Shown here piece by piece: positions 1 to 8,602 of a DNA stretch of 24,748 nt (its first letter is position 1; each line of letters opens with the position of its first letter). Origin of the DNA: Candidatus Fervidifonticultor quintus (GTDB taxonomy: Bacteria > Sysuimicrobiota > Sysuimicrobiia > Sysuimicrobiales > Humicultoraceae). The position numbers and the translations under genes were made by a program. Where the stretch lies: NCBI GenBank assembly GCA_031459535.1, contig JAVKIJ010000046.1, positions 1-24,748 on the forward strand, given 5' to 3'. Under the pieces are notes generated by a model. The model searched no databases and had not been told where the DNA came from. It worked only from the letters and a program-made list of their open reading frames with translations.

Positions 1-99
1 TGCTGGTTGCAACACCTCGGTTGGAGCCTGGGCGATGGCCCTCCTGTCTTCACCAAGGGCAGCTCCTCAAGTGCAAACACTACGTCCAAACAGGACACC

Positions 100-441
100 C
101 TAGTCGGGCAGGTAGTACCGGTTCTCGAGGCACAGATACCCCGTCTCCGTCCTGTACGGGCCGTGCGGGGTGCCGGGCGGCAGGCAGGTGTACGTCCCGG
201 ACCCCTGGTAGGTGTCGCCCTCCCACCAGCCCCCGTCCAGAATGTACGTTTCCTCCCAGAAGTCGTGCACCAGCACCTGGTCGATCGTCGCCCCGGGCAG
301 CGCCTTCAGGAGCCTCGTATGCGATCCTGTGTCTGGATCGAAGGAGAGGATCTTCTCGTAGGTATCGCGCGACCCTTCGACTCTCGTCCAGGGCAGTCTC
401 TCAATGTCCTCGGCGATCAGAACGACCTTGGGACGCGCCAT
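100..441 (-). CDS. ChrR-like cupin domain protein (cupin_7 type)
   Basis: 113 aa with cupin metal motifs HDFWEETYILDG and PPGTPHGPY. ATG at 441 chosen because AGGAGG (455-460) is only 1 nt from the GTG at 453. Confidence 0.8.
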   Translation of the reverse strand: MARPKVVLIAEDIERLPWTRVEGSRDTYEKILSFDPDTGSHTRLLKALPGATIDQVLVHDFWEETYILDGGWWEGDTYQGSGTYTCLPPGTPHGPYRTETGYLCLENRYYLPD

Positions 442-462
442 GTGCCAGAACACGCCTCCTGC

Positions 463-1473
463 TCAGTGATCGATCCCCAGACCGTACCGGAACGGATCCT
501 CGGGGTCCACCACGAACTGATGTATCGCGGTGAGGTACGCCTCGCCCGTCAAGAGAGGTATGATTCCAGAACGACCCTCTGTCCGCACCTCTTCCATGGG
601 TCTGACGCTGAAGACCATTCCAGCCATGCCTTCGTTCACGAACTCCCCGCCGGGGCGCAGCGCGCCACGTGCCCACAGGGCGGCGGCCCGGGCACACGTG
701 CCGGTCCCGCACGGTGACCGGCTGATCTGTCCGGAACAGATCACCACGTTGCGAGCGTGGGCCCTGGGATGCCGCGGCGGACCAAAGAACTGTACAAGAT
801 CGATCGGGCCCAGCGGAGCGCCGTTGAACGGATGGCGGAGGTGCAGCTGGGAATTGGCGGCGTCCCGGATCTCTCGCCACGCCTCTTTCAGCCCGGCCAC
901 CGCCCCGGGCTCCACATCCAGGCCCAGTTGCCCAGCCTCGACGATCACGTACGCGTTGCCGGCATACGCGATGTCAGCCAGCACGGCGCGCCCATCCGCA
1001 AGGGTGAGGCGGACGTCGAGGTCCAGGGCCACGGACGGCACGTTGACGACCTCCGCGTAGGACGACCCCGCATCCGTGCGCACCGCACGGGCCTGCACGG
1101 CCCCCGCGGGAGTGTCGAAGACTGCGCGCGCTTCGCCGGCTGTCCACGGAACGCTACCCACCTGGGCCAGAGCGGTGATCAGCGCCAGGGTGCCGTGGCC
1201 GCACATGGGCAGGTAGCCGGCGGCGTGCATAAAGAACACCCCGAAATCCGCATCAGCGAGGGCAGGCGGCGTCAGGACCGCCCCCATCATGTCGGCGTGG
1301 CCGCGGGGCTCGAGGATGAGAGCCCGCCGCAACCAGTCATGCGTCTCGGCGCAATGGGCCATGCGGTGGGCGACGGTGGCCCCGCGAAGCACCGGTCCGC
1401 CCGCGACCAGTACCCGCATGGGATCGCCACCGGCGTGGGCGTCGACCGCGATCAGGACCTGACTGGCGTTCAT
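463..1473 (-). CDS. Proline racemase/hydroxyproline epimerase family protein
   Basis: Motifs EPRGHADM, LPMCGHG and RSPCGTGT, with both catalytic Cys present. ATG at 1473 has an AGGAGGAG SD and an ATGA overlap with the upstream stop. The ORF-track extension to 1614 is an overlap artefact. Confidence 0.9.
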   Translation of the reverse strand: MNASQVLIAVDAHAGGDPMRVLVAGGPVLRGATVAHRMAHCAETHDWLRRALILEPRGHADMMGAVLTPPALADADFGVFFMHAAGYLPMCGHGTLALITALAQVGSVPWTAGEARAVFDTPAGAVQARAVRTDAGSSYAEVVNVPSVALDLDVRLTLADGRAVLADIAYAGNAYVIVEAGQLGLDVEPGAVAGLKEAWREIRDAANSQLHLRHPFNGAPLGPIDLVQFFGPPRHPRAHARNVVICSGQISRSPCGTGTCARAAALWARGALRPGGEFVNEGMAGMVFSVRPMEEVRTEGRSGIIPLLTGEAYLTAIHQFVVDPEDPFRYGLGIDH

Positions 1474-2372
1474 CTCCGGTCTCCTCCTGCCGTCCTCGCC
1501 ACCATGAAGTGCATGGCCGCGCAGGCAGCCATCATGGCAGTCTGGCTGCGGAAGTCCACGAGCGGGTTCGTCTCGACGATGCTCAGGGCTCGGGCGGCGG
1601 GCGCCACGGCCCACAAGAAGTCCAGCAGCTGCCGGGCGGTGAGGCCTCCGGGCTCAAATGCCCCAGCGCCGGGGGCGACCGCCGGGTCCAAGACATCCAT
1701 GTCCAGCGCCACGTAGGTCGTCGTCCCCCGTGTGACCTCCTGCGCCCGTGCCGCGGCCTCTTCCGCCCCGATCCGCTGAAACTCCCGTGCAGGGAGCAGC
1801 GTGATCCCCTTCCGGTGAATGAACTCGAAGGACGAGGGGAAGTTGAAGTTGCGCACCCCGATCTGAATGACCCGGGCCGGTGAGAGACGGGGCAGCTCCA
1901 GGCTGCGTCGGATCCCGCTACTGTGGGAGAGCCGACCCTGGAGATCGGACTCGTCCAACAGGTCCAGGTGGGCGTCCAGGTGGATGAGTCCCAGTTCCCC
2001 TGGCGTCTCATGGTGCAGAGCCCGGATGGCCGGGAAGGTGACCGAGTCATCCCCACCCAGGATGATGGGAATCGTGGGGGTTCGGAAGATCTCTCGCAGG
2101 CGGGCGGTGATGCGTTCGCCCGTTTGGGCCACGTCGTGGGCGACGACCGCGACGTCGCCAAGGTCGCGGACCGCACCGGCACTGAACGGCACCACGCGGT
2201 CGATATCGACCACGTAGATCGCCCCGTTCTGTTCCCTCTGGAGCATCCAGCGCAGCGCGCGGCGGATCTCCTCGGGTGCGTAGCGGCTGCCGGGCCACCC
2301 CAGGCTCGCACCACCGTCGAAGGGAATCCCCAGGATCGCGAACGCCGCTTGGTGGCCCCCTGACGCTGTCAT
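1470..2372 (-). CDS. Ureohydrolase (agmatinase/arginase/amidinohydrolase family) protein
   Basis: Motifs GIPFD, DLGDV, GGDDS, DAHLD, QIGVR, DMDVLDP, EPGGL and VETNP. Confidence 0.9.
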   Translation of the reverse strand: MTASGGHQAAFAILGIPFDGGASLGWPGSRYAPEEIRRALRWMLQREQNGAIYVVDIDRVVPFSAGAVRDLGDVAVVAHDVAQTGERITARLREIFRTPTIPIILGGDDSVTFPAIRALHHETPGELGLIHLDAHLDLLDESDLQGRLSHSSGIRRSLELPRLSPARVIQIGVRNFNFPSSFEFIHRKGITLLPAREFQRIGAEEAAARAQEVTRGTTTYVALDMDVLDPAVAPGAGAFEPGGLTARQLLDFLWAVAPAARALSIVETNPLVDFRSQTAMMAACAAMHFMVARTAGGDRR

Positions 2373-2394
2373 GGCTCACACCCCCGTCCGATAG

Positions 2395-2423
2395 CTGGAG
2401 CCCGGGGGGAACCCGGGCCCCAG
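2395..2423 (-). terminator. GC-rich hairpin after the SBP gene (mRNA stabiliser or weak terminator)
   Basis: Minus strand CUGGGGCCCGGG-UUCCC-CCCGGGCUCCAG forms a 12-bp stem with one G-U pair, starting 3 nt after the SBP stop. No U-tract follows. Confidence 0.55.
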
Positions 2424-2426
2424 TCC

Positions 2427-3557
2427 CTACTGCACCGGATAGAGTACAACCTGACCCCCCTGGATGGTCACAATCGGCAAGCGCTTGCCCGTGACCACCC
2501 GCTGCGACAGGTCGGTCAGGCCGGTGACGCCCCGGTAGTCCCGGATGGCCTGGAGCGCATCCCGAATGGCGGCCCGGTCGGCCTTCCCGGACCGCTTGAT
2601 GGCCAGGGCCAGCACGTATGCGGCGTCATAGGCGTACGGTGCAAACTGGTCGGGGTCCTTGTTGTACCTGGCGCGGTAGGCCTTCAAGAAGGCCTGAACC
2701 TTGGGATCCGTGCTGGTCGGCACGAAGTGGCTGGGGAAGATGACCCCCTCGAAGGCCTGCCCGGCGATCTTGACCGCTTCCGGTGAATAGATGCCGTCGC
2801 CGCCGATGATAGGCATGGTGTAGCCGAGCTTGCGGGCCTGCAGCGCGATCAGGGCGGCGTCCGAATAGTAGGAAGCGAGCGCCAGCACTTCGGGGTTGGC
2901 GTTCCTGATCTTGGTGAGGAACACGCTGAAGTCCTTGTCCTGCCCGCTCACGAATGTCTCGGACGCGACGATCTTCCCCCCAAACTCGGCGACCGTGTCG
3001 CGAAAGACTTGCGCAAAGCCCTTTCCGTACTCCGTGTTGTCCCACAGGATGCCCACCCTGGACTTCTTGAACCTGGTGACAGTCCACTCGGCGAGCTGCC
3101 TGGCCTGGAAATCGTCTCCGACGTTGATCCGGAAGGTCCACGGGCCCGCCTTGGCCACCTTGGGGTTGGTGGAGGCGATGGCGAACTGCACCATGCCCGC
3201 TCGGTTGTAGATGGGTGCCGTGGCGATCGTAGCGCTGCTGAAGAAATGCCCGAGCATGGCGACCAGTCGCTTGTCCAACACCATCTTCTCGGCCACGGCG
3301 ACGGCTTCTTTGGGATCGCCCTTGTCGTCGCCCACGACCAACCGGAGAGGGCGTCCCAGCACCCCGCCGGCCCGGTTGATCTCTTCAAAGGCCAGGTCGA
3401 TGCCTTCCTTGACCCGCTGCCCGTACTCCGCGTTGTCACCGGTCATTGGCGCAGCCATGCCCACATAGATGGGTTGAGGCTGCGCGGCCAGTGGCGGCGT
3501 AACCAGCGCCAGTGCCAGCAAGATCCCGAAGGCCCGTACCGTGTATGCCACCCGCAT
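2427..3557 (-). CDS. Branched-chain amino acid-type (LivJ/K family) ABC substrate-binding protein
   Basis: Signal peptide ending PPLAA; motifs APMTG, INRAGGVLGRPL, DDKGDP and YAYDA. AAGGAGG SD upstream. Confidence 0.92.
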   Translation of the reverse strand: MRVAYTVRAFGILLALALVTPPLAAQPQPIYVGMAAPMTGDNAEYGQRVKEGIDLAFEEINRAGGVLGRPLRLVVGDDKGDPKEAVAVAEKMVLDKRLVAMLGHFFSSATIATAPIYNRAGMVQFAIASTNPKVAKAGPWTFRINVGDDFQARQLAEWTVTRFKKSRVGILWDNTEYGKGFAQVFRDTVAEFGGKIVASETFVSGQDKDFSVFLTKIRNANPEVLALASYYSDAALIALQARKLGYTMPIIGGDGIYSPEAVKIAGQAFEGVIFPSHFVPTSTDPKVQAFLKAYRARYNKDPDQFAPYAYDAAYVLALAIKRSGKADRAAIRDALQAIRDYRGVTGLTDLSQRVVTGKRLPIVTIQGGQVVLYPVQ

Positions 3558-3635
3558 CGCTGTCCTCCTTACTCTCCAGTGTCAGAGCCTGCGGCCTGCC
3601 CACCCAGATCTCGAACATTCTCACCCCCTTCGCGC

Positions 3636-4349
3636 TCAAGATGTGATCCCGAGGTACGTGGACCGAACAGCCCGATCGGCCAGCAACGCGTGGCCCGGAC
3701 CTTCAAGCACAATCGTGCCCCGCTCCATGACGTACGCGTAGTCTGCCAGACGCAGCGCCTGCCGGGCATTCTGCTCCACCAGGAGCACCGTGACGCCTTC
3801 CCGCCTGATGTCGCCAATGTGCTCAAAGATCTGCCTCACGAGCACAGGTGCCAGCCCCGTAGAAGGCTCGTCCAGCAACAGGAGACGAGGTCGGGCCATG
3901 AGCGCACGGGCGATGGCGAGCATTTGCTGCTCACCGCCGCTGAGCGTGCCCCCTCGCTGGGTCAGGCGAACCCTGAGGGCAGGGAACAATCGGAGGACGA
4001 GCTGAAACCGGCGCGCCGCCTCCGCATCCCAGGTGTAGAGGTATCCGCCCAGCAACAGGTTCTCCCACACGGTCAGCGGTCCAAAGATGCGCCGCCCCTC
4101 GGGAGCCTGCACGATCCCCAGGCGGACCAGCGCGTGCGGCGGCATTCCGGTGATCTCGCGGCCATCGAACACCACGCGCCCGGACGCCGGACGGATCAGC
4201 CCGCTGAGACAGCGTAGCAGGGTCGTCTTGCCGGCTCCGTTGGCGCCGATGAGGGTCACAATCTGGCCCTCCCCCACCCGGAGCGAGATCCCGTGCAGGG
4301 CCTCGATGGCCCCGTAGGCCACCCGGAGACCCTCAATGGTCAGGAGCAT
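3636..4349 (-). CDS. livF: ABC ATP-binding protein, LivF family
   Basis: Walker A GANGAGKT, signature LSGGEQQ, Walker B LLLLDEPS, LLVEQN. Confidence 0.92.
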   Translation of the reverse strand: MLLTIEGLRVAYGAIEALHGISLRVGEGQIVTLIGANGAGKTTLLRCLSGLIRPASGRVVFDGREITGMPPHALVRLGIVQAPEGRRIFGPLTVWENLLLGGYLYTWDAEAARRFQLVLRLFPALRVRLTQRGGTLSGGEQQMLAIARALMARPRLLLLDEPSTGLAPVLVRQIFEHIGDIRREGVTVLLVEQNARQALRLADYAYVMERGTIVLEGPGHALLADRAVRSTYLGITS

Positions 4350-5118
4350 GAGAGCCCTCTTCCTCGCCCAGATACGCTTCGATCACCCGGGCGTCGCGCT
4401 GGACGGCCTCCGGAGGCCCCTCGGCGATCTTCTCGCCTTGATTGAGGACGACGATCCGATCGCAGGTGCCCATGATCATGCGCATGTGGTGCTCGATCAA
4501 CAGGATGGTCAAACCCTCACGTCGCAGCTGTGTGATGATCTTCACGAGTTGGTCAGTTTCGTTGGGATTCATGCCGGCGCTCGGCTCGTCCAACAGGAGC
4601 AGGCGCGGGCTGGTCGCCAGCGCCCGGGCCAGCTCCACGAGCCGCTGTTGACCGTACGGCAGGCTGGCCACCGGCGCCCCAGGCTCGGGCAGCCCCATCT
4701 CGGCAATCAGGGCGGCGGCCCGGGCCCGGGCCGCTTCTTCGCGGGTGCGTGCCGCCGGCGCGGTCGCCAGCGCCTCCACGAGGCGGGGCGCAATCGACAG
4801 GTGCATGCCAACCAGCACGTTGTCCAGCACCGACATGCTGGTGAAGAGGCGCAGGTTCTGAAACGTGCGGGCGATGCCGAGGGCCGTGATGCGGTACGGC
4901 GGCAGGCCGGCCAGGCTGTGGCCGTCGAAGACCATGTCGCCTGCCGTGGGTCGGTAGAGTCCGGTCAGAAGATTGAAGACCGTGGTCTTCCCGGCGCCGT
5001 TGGGGCCAATCAGGCCCACGATTTCGTGGCGATCCACACCGAATGAAAGGTCGCCAACGGCCCGAAGGCCTCCAAACACCTTCGTCAGCCCGGCCACGCG
5101 CAGCAGCGGCTCGGCCAC
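4333..5118 (-). CDS. livG: ABC ATP-binding protein, LivG family
   Basis: GPNGAGKT, ARTFQN, LPYGQQR, LLLDEP and IEHHM. GTG at 5118 has a GAGGGG SD; alternative start at 5136. Confidence 0.92.
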   Translation of the reverse strand: MAEPLLRVAGLTKVFGGLRAVGDLSFGVDRHEIVGLIGPNGAGKTTVFNLLTGLYRPTAGDMVFDGHSLAGLPPYRITALGIARTFQNLRLFTSMSVLDNVLVGMHLSIAPRLVEALATAPAARTREEAARARAAALIAEMGLPEPGAPVASLPYGQQRLVELARALATSPRLLLLDEPSAGMNPNETDQLVKIITQLRREGLTILLIEHHMRMIMGTCDRIVVLNQGEKIAEGPPEAVQRDARVIEAYLGEEEGSHAPDH

Positions 5119-5119
5119 C

Positions 5120-6091
5120 CTACACCCCTCGGTCACCCATCAAGCCCCGCGGTCGGAAGATCATCAGAACGACCATCAGGCCCCCGTAGGCGAGCTGGCG
5201 GTACAGCGCCAGGCCGCGGAGCAACTCCGGGACCACGGTCAACACCACGGCGCCCACCACGGCGCCTACGATGGTCCCCCGGCCTCCCAGCGCCAGCATG
5301 GTGAGAATGGCAATGGACTCCCACCCGCTGAAGTTCGTGGGGTTAATGAACGTCACGTAGTGGGCGAACAGGGCGCCAGCCACGCCGGCGTAGAACGCGC
5401 TGATGGCAAACCCGAGGATCTTGAAGGCGACGGTCGGCACGCCCATGATGGCCGCGGCCGTCTCGTTGTCACGGATGGCCACCCACGCCCGGCCAATTGC
5501 GCCGCGCCGCCACGCGGCGATCGGGATGACGGTCAGGAGCACGAAGGCCAGCACCATATAGTAGTAGGCGATCTTGCCCGCGAACGCGAACCCTGGCACG
5601 GCCGGAACAGGGATCCCGGGAATGCCGATCGGGCCCCGCGTCACGGTCTCCCAGTTGATCAGCACGAAACGCACGATCTCCCCGAACCCGAGCGTGACGA
5701 TCGCCAAGTAGTCGCCCCGGACGCGCAGGGTCGGGAATCCCAGGAGCACGCCGGAGATGAAAGCCGCCAGCCCGGCCACCGGCAGTGCAATCCAGAACCC
5801 GTACCAGGCCTCCCCGAATACATCGAGGCTCAGGAGCGCGGCGACATATGCGCCGATGCCGTAGAACGCCGCGTGGCCCAGATGCAGCAACCCCAGGTAG
5901 CCCGCGACGATGTTCAGACTCACCGTGAGGATGACATACAGGCCGCTCATGATCGCGATGTGCAGCACGTAAGGATCCCTGATGAAGAGCGGCAGTCCCA
6001 GAGCCGCCACGAGGAGCACGCGGCCGAAGATGGCCTGGAAGTCGGCGCCCCGGCGGGCAGTGGCCAGCGCGTCCGCTGTCCACCGCTTCAT
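5120..6091 (-). CDS. livM: ABC permease, LivM family
   Basis: LGHAAFYGIGAY, LRVRGDYLAIVTLGFGEI, AIRDNE and LGGRGT. Start uncertain (ATG 6091 or GTG 6115). Confidence 0.9.
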   Translation of the reverse strand: MKRWTADALATARRGADFQAIFGRVLLVAALGLPLFIRDPYVLHIAIMSGLYVILTVSLNIVAGYLGLLHLGHAAFYGIGAYVAALLSLDVFGEAWYGFWIALPVAGLAAFISGVLLGFPTLRVRGDYLAIVTLGFGEIVRFVLINWETVTRGPIGIPGIPVPAVPGFAFAGKIAYYYMVLAFVLLTVIPIAAWRRGAIGRAWVAIRDNETAAAIMGVPTVAFKILGFAISAFYAGVAGALFAHYVTFINPTNFSGWESIAILTMLALGGRGTIVGAVVGAVVLTVVPELLRGLALYRQLAYGGLMVVLMIFRPRGLMGDRGV

Positions 6092-6098
6092 GGTCAGA

Positions 6099-6971
6099 CT
6101 ACGCGCGTTCCTCACCGTAGGCGCCGAGGATGCCTCCCGGCCGAACCAACAGGACCAGGATCAGGATGATGTACGCGATGGCGTCCTTGTAGCCCGAGGA
6201 GATGTAGGCCGCCCCCACGGTCTCGGCCATCCCCAGGAACAGCCCCCCGACCATGGCACCGGGGATGTTGCCGATTCCGCCCAGGATGGCCGCCACGAAG
6301 GCCTTCAGCCCGATGATGTCGCCCATGTTGAAGACCACCACGTTGTAGTAGGACCCCACCAGGATGCCGGCCGCAGCGGCCAACCCCGAGCCGATGGCAA
6401 AGGTGGCGGAGATGACCCGATCGATGTCGATACCCATCAGCCGGGCGGCATCCATGTCGAGCGTGCTGGCCCGCATGGCAGCGCCGATCTTCGTCAGGTA
6501 GATGAACAGGGAGAGGACGAGCATCAGAGCCAGGCTGCCGCCGATGATGGCCAGCCGGGCCACGGGCAGCTGGAACCCGAGGAAGCTGCCGGCCTCCGGG
6601 AGGAGCGAAGGAAATCGCTTGGGCGACGAGCCCCACAGCAGCATCGCCACGTTGTTGAGGACAATCAGCATCCCCAGGGCGCTGATCAGCTGGGCCGAGC
6701 GCGGTGCGGTGCGGATGGGACGATAGGCCACCAGCTCGACCAGCACGCCCAGCACCGCCGTCGCCAACACGGCCACGGCCACGACAGTCGCCGTGCCGCC
6801 GGGTACGGATCGGGTGAGCAGCGCCAGGGCGAAGAAACCGCCCATCATGTAGATGCTCCCGTGAGCAAAGTTGATCAGGTTGAGCACGCCGTAGGCCATG
6901 GTGTAGCCCACGGCCACGAGCGCGTATACACTCCCGATCGTGAGGCCGTTGAGCAGTTGATCGATCAGCAT
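6099..6971 (-). CDS. livH: ABC permease, LivH family
   Basis: QLLNGL, INFAHG, GAAMRA and KAFVAAILGGIG. Confidence 0.92.
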   Translation of the reverse strand: MLIDQLLNGLTIGSVYALVAVGYTMAYGVLNLINFAHGSIYMMGGFFALALLTRSVPGGTATVVAVAVLATAVLGVLVELVAYRPIRTAPRSAQLISALGMLIVLNNVAMLLWGSSPKRFPSLLPEAGSFLGFQLPVARLAIIGGSLALMLVLSLFIYLTKIGAAMRASTLDMDAARLMGIDIDRVISATFAIGSGLAAAAGILVGSYYNVVVFNMGDIIGLKAFVAAILGGIGNIPGAMVGGLFLGMAETVGAAYISSGYKDAIAYIILILVLLVRPGGILGAYGEERA

Positions 6972-7067
6972 GCGGGGCAGTCTCCGGCTACGAACATAGG
7001 GAAGAATGACTTCGGTGAACCATCGGTTGCGGACCTGATTGGATCACTCCCGATCGGCGCCCGTCCG

Positions 7068-8285
7068 TCAGGGCCCGGCCCCAGGCGTCATCCGCACCCG
7101 CAGGAGCAGGACGGTTCCGACGAGTGTGAGCGCGGCCGCTGTGCCAAACGCCACGGGTGCACCTTGGGTCTGCCAGAGGAATCCCACGAGCACGCTGGAG
7201 ATGAGGTCGCCGATCCCGTTAACCGTCGCCAGGGCGCCGAAGCCAAACGCGCGTTGAGTCTCTTCAAGGAGGTCGGCAGCCGCCGCCCGCTCGAGCGCCT
7301 CCTCAATGCCGATGTAGATGCCCGAGCCAAGGAAGACCATCGCCAGAATAGGCAAGGGGCGGCGGTCCAGGGCCATGGTGAGGGTCACGACCCCCGCCAG
7401 CAGATACCCGAACAGCAGGAGCGGTCGCCGTCCCACGCGATCGCTCCACCCCCCGATGACGTAGGAACTCGCCGCGCTCACCACGTTGTAGGCCGCATAG
7501 AGAAGGATCGGCAAGGTGAGTTGACCGGTCCCGCCGATCTCCACGCCAACTCCGAGCGCCCAGAGGATGAGGAGCGTCCGGGAGAAGTCGCCCGCCCCGA
7601 AGACGCCCACGGCGAGCAGGAATCGCCGGAAGTTTGCTGGCAGAGACACGGTCATCTGCCAGAACGACTGTGAGGGACGGACCCCGCCTCGTTCGCGAAC
7701 TGTCAGGAACAGCAGGCCGGCCAGTATCCCCGGGATCAGCGTGACTAGGAGGATGGTCCGGAGGCGGGTTGACGCGGCAAGTAGGGCCAGCGCGACGAGC
7801 GGGCCGAGGACGGCGCCGACGGTGTCCATCGCGCGCTCGAAGCCAAATGCCCGGCCGTAGGCGGCCGGGGTGGTCTGCTCGGCCAGGAGCGTGTCACGGA
7901 GAGGCCCGCGAAAGCCACGACCGAGCCAGGCCACCGTGCGCCCCAACAGCACGTGCAGCCAGCTGGTCGCCAGCGCGAAGGAGCCGGTCGCCAGTGCCGT
8001 GACGAAGTACGCCGTCGCCGCCGGGCCCCGGCGGCGTCGCAGTCTTCCACCGAGATAGCCCGCCCACAGCTTGGCTGCGCTCGATGCGAAGTCCGCCAGT
8101 CCCTCGATGACGCCCAAGGCCAGCGGCGTGCCGCCAATGCTGACGAGGAACAGCGGGAGCACCGCGGTTGCGGTCTCATGGCCGAGGTCGCTCAGCAGGC
8201 TGGCCAGGCCTATGGCAACGACGCCCGGGGCGAGGGCCGGCGGAGCACGGTTGCCGGCTCTTCCAGAACTCGTCTCTTCTCTCAT
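7068..8285 (-). CDS. MFS transporter
   Basis: About 12 hydrophobic segments; MFS motif A GGWSDRVGRR; GRAFGFERAMDTVGA. Confidence 0.9.
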   Translation of the reverse strand: MREETSSGRAGNRAPPALAPGVVAIGLASLLSDLGHETATAVLPLFLVSIGGTPLALGVIEGLADFASSAAKLWAGYLGGRLRRRRGPAATAYFVTALATGSFALATSWLHVLLGRTVAWLGRGFRGPLRDTLLAEQTTPAAYGRAFGFERAMDTVGAVLGPLVALALLAASTRLRTILLVTLIPGILAGLLFLTVRERGGVRPSQSFWQMTVSLPANFRRFLLAVGVFGAGDFSRTLLILWALGVGVEIGGTGQLTLPILLYAAYNVVSAASSYVIGGWSDRVGRRPLLLFGYLLAGVVTLTMALDRRPLPILAMVFLGSGIYIGIEEALERAAAADLLEETQRAFGFGALATVNGIGDLISSVLVGFLWQTQGAPVAFGTAAALTLVGTVLLLRVRMTPGAGP

Positions 8286-8467
8286 CCCAGGTGCGAGCCA
8301 AGAACTCTACGGACTGCTGCTGCCATCCTCTGGCCGTAAAGTGGAAGACCGAGAACGCGCGCCAAACGAGGAGGTTCTGCGGCAGACTTGTACCATTTCA
8401 TCGAGACAGGTGCGCCCAAGAGGGCACGGAACATGGGCAGGCATGTGCGGGCACCTTCTGAACGCAT

Positions 8468-8510
8468 CGGCGCCCGACACACGGGACGGGACCTCCCGCG
8501 TTAGGCGCCG
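8468..8510 (-). terminator. Imperfect GC-rich hairpin just 3' of the tRNA
   Basis: Outer arms CGGCGCC/GGCGCCG and inner arms CGGGA/TCCCG, starting 4 nt after the CCA end. No U-tract. Confidence 0.4.
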
Positions 8511-8514
8511 GCGT

Positions 8515-8591
<77 letters not shown>

Positions 8592-8602
8592 TCGCACCTT
8601 GA

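Noticed and set aside
1-99. Possible start of another minus-strand gene (SD-like GAGGAG/AGGAGG followed by TTG/GTG)
   Set aside because: Too short and cut by the window edge to support a call.
3436-3630. SD-like AAGGGGGTGA followed by ATG (3618) opening a short ORF
   Set aside because: It overlaps the SBP gene out of frame by about 120 nt and has no recognisable features. A regulatory uORF cannot be excluded but is unsupported.
3612-6997. CGAACAT at 3612-3618 and 6991-6997 in ABC-operon intergenic regions, resembling a PurBox or LexA half-site
   Set aside because: No correctly spaced inverted partner, and the same heptamer occurs inside coding regions (about 10352 and 24072).
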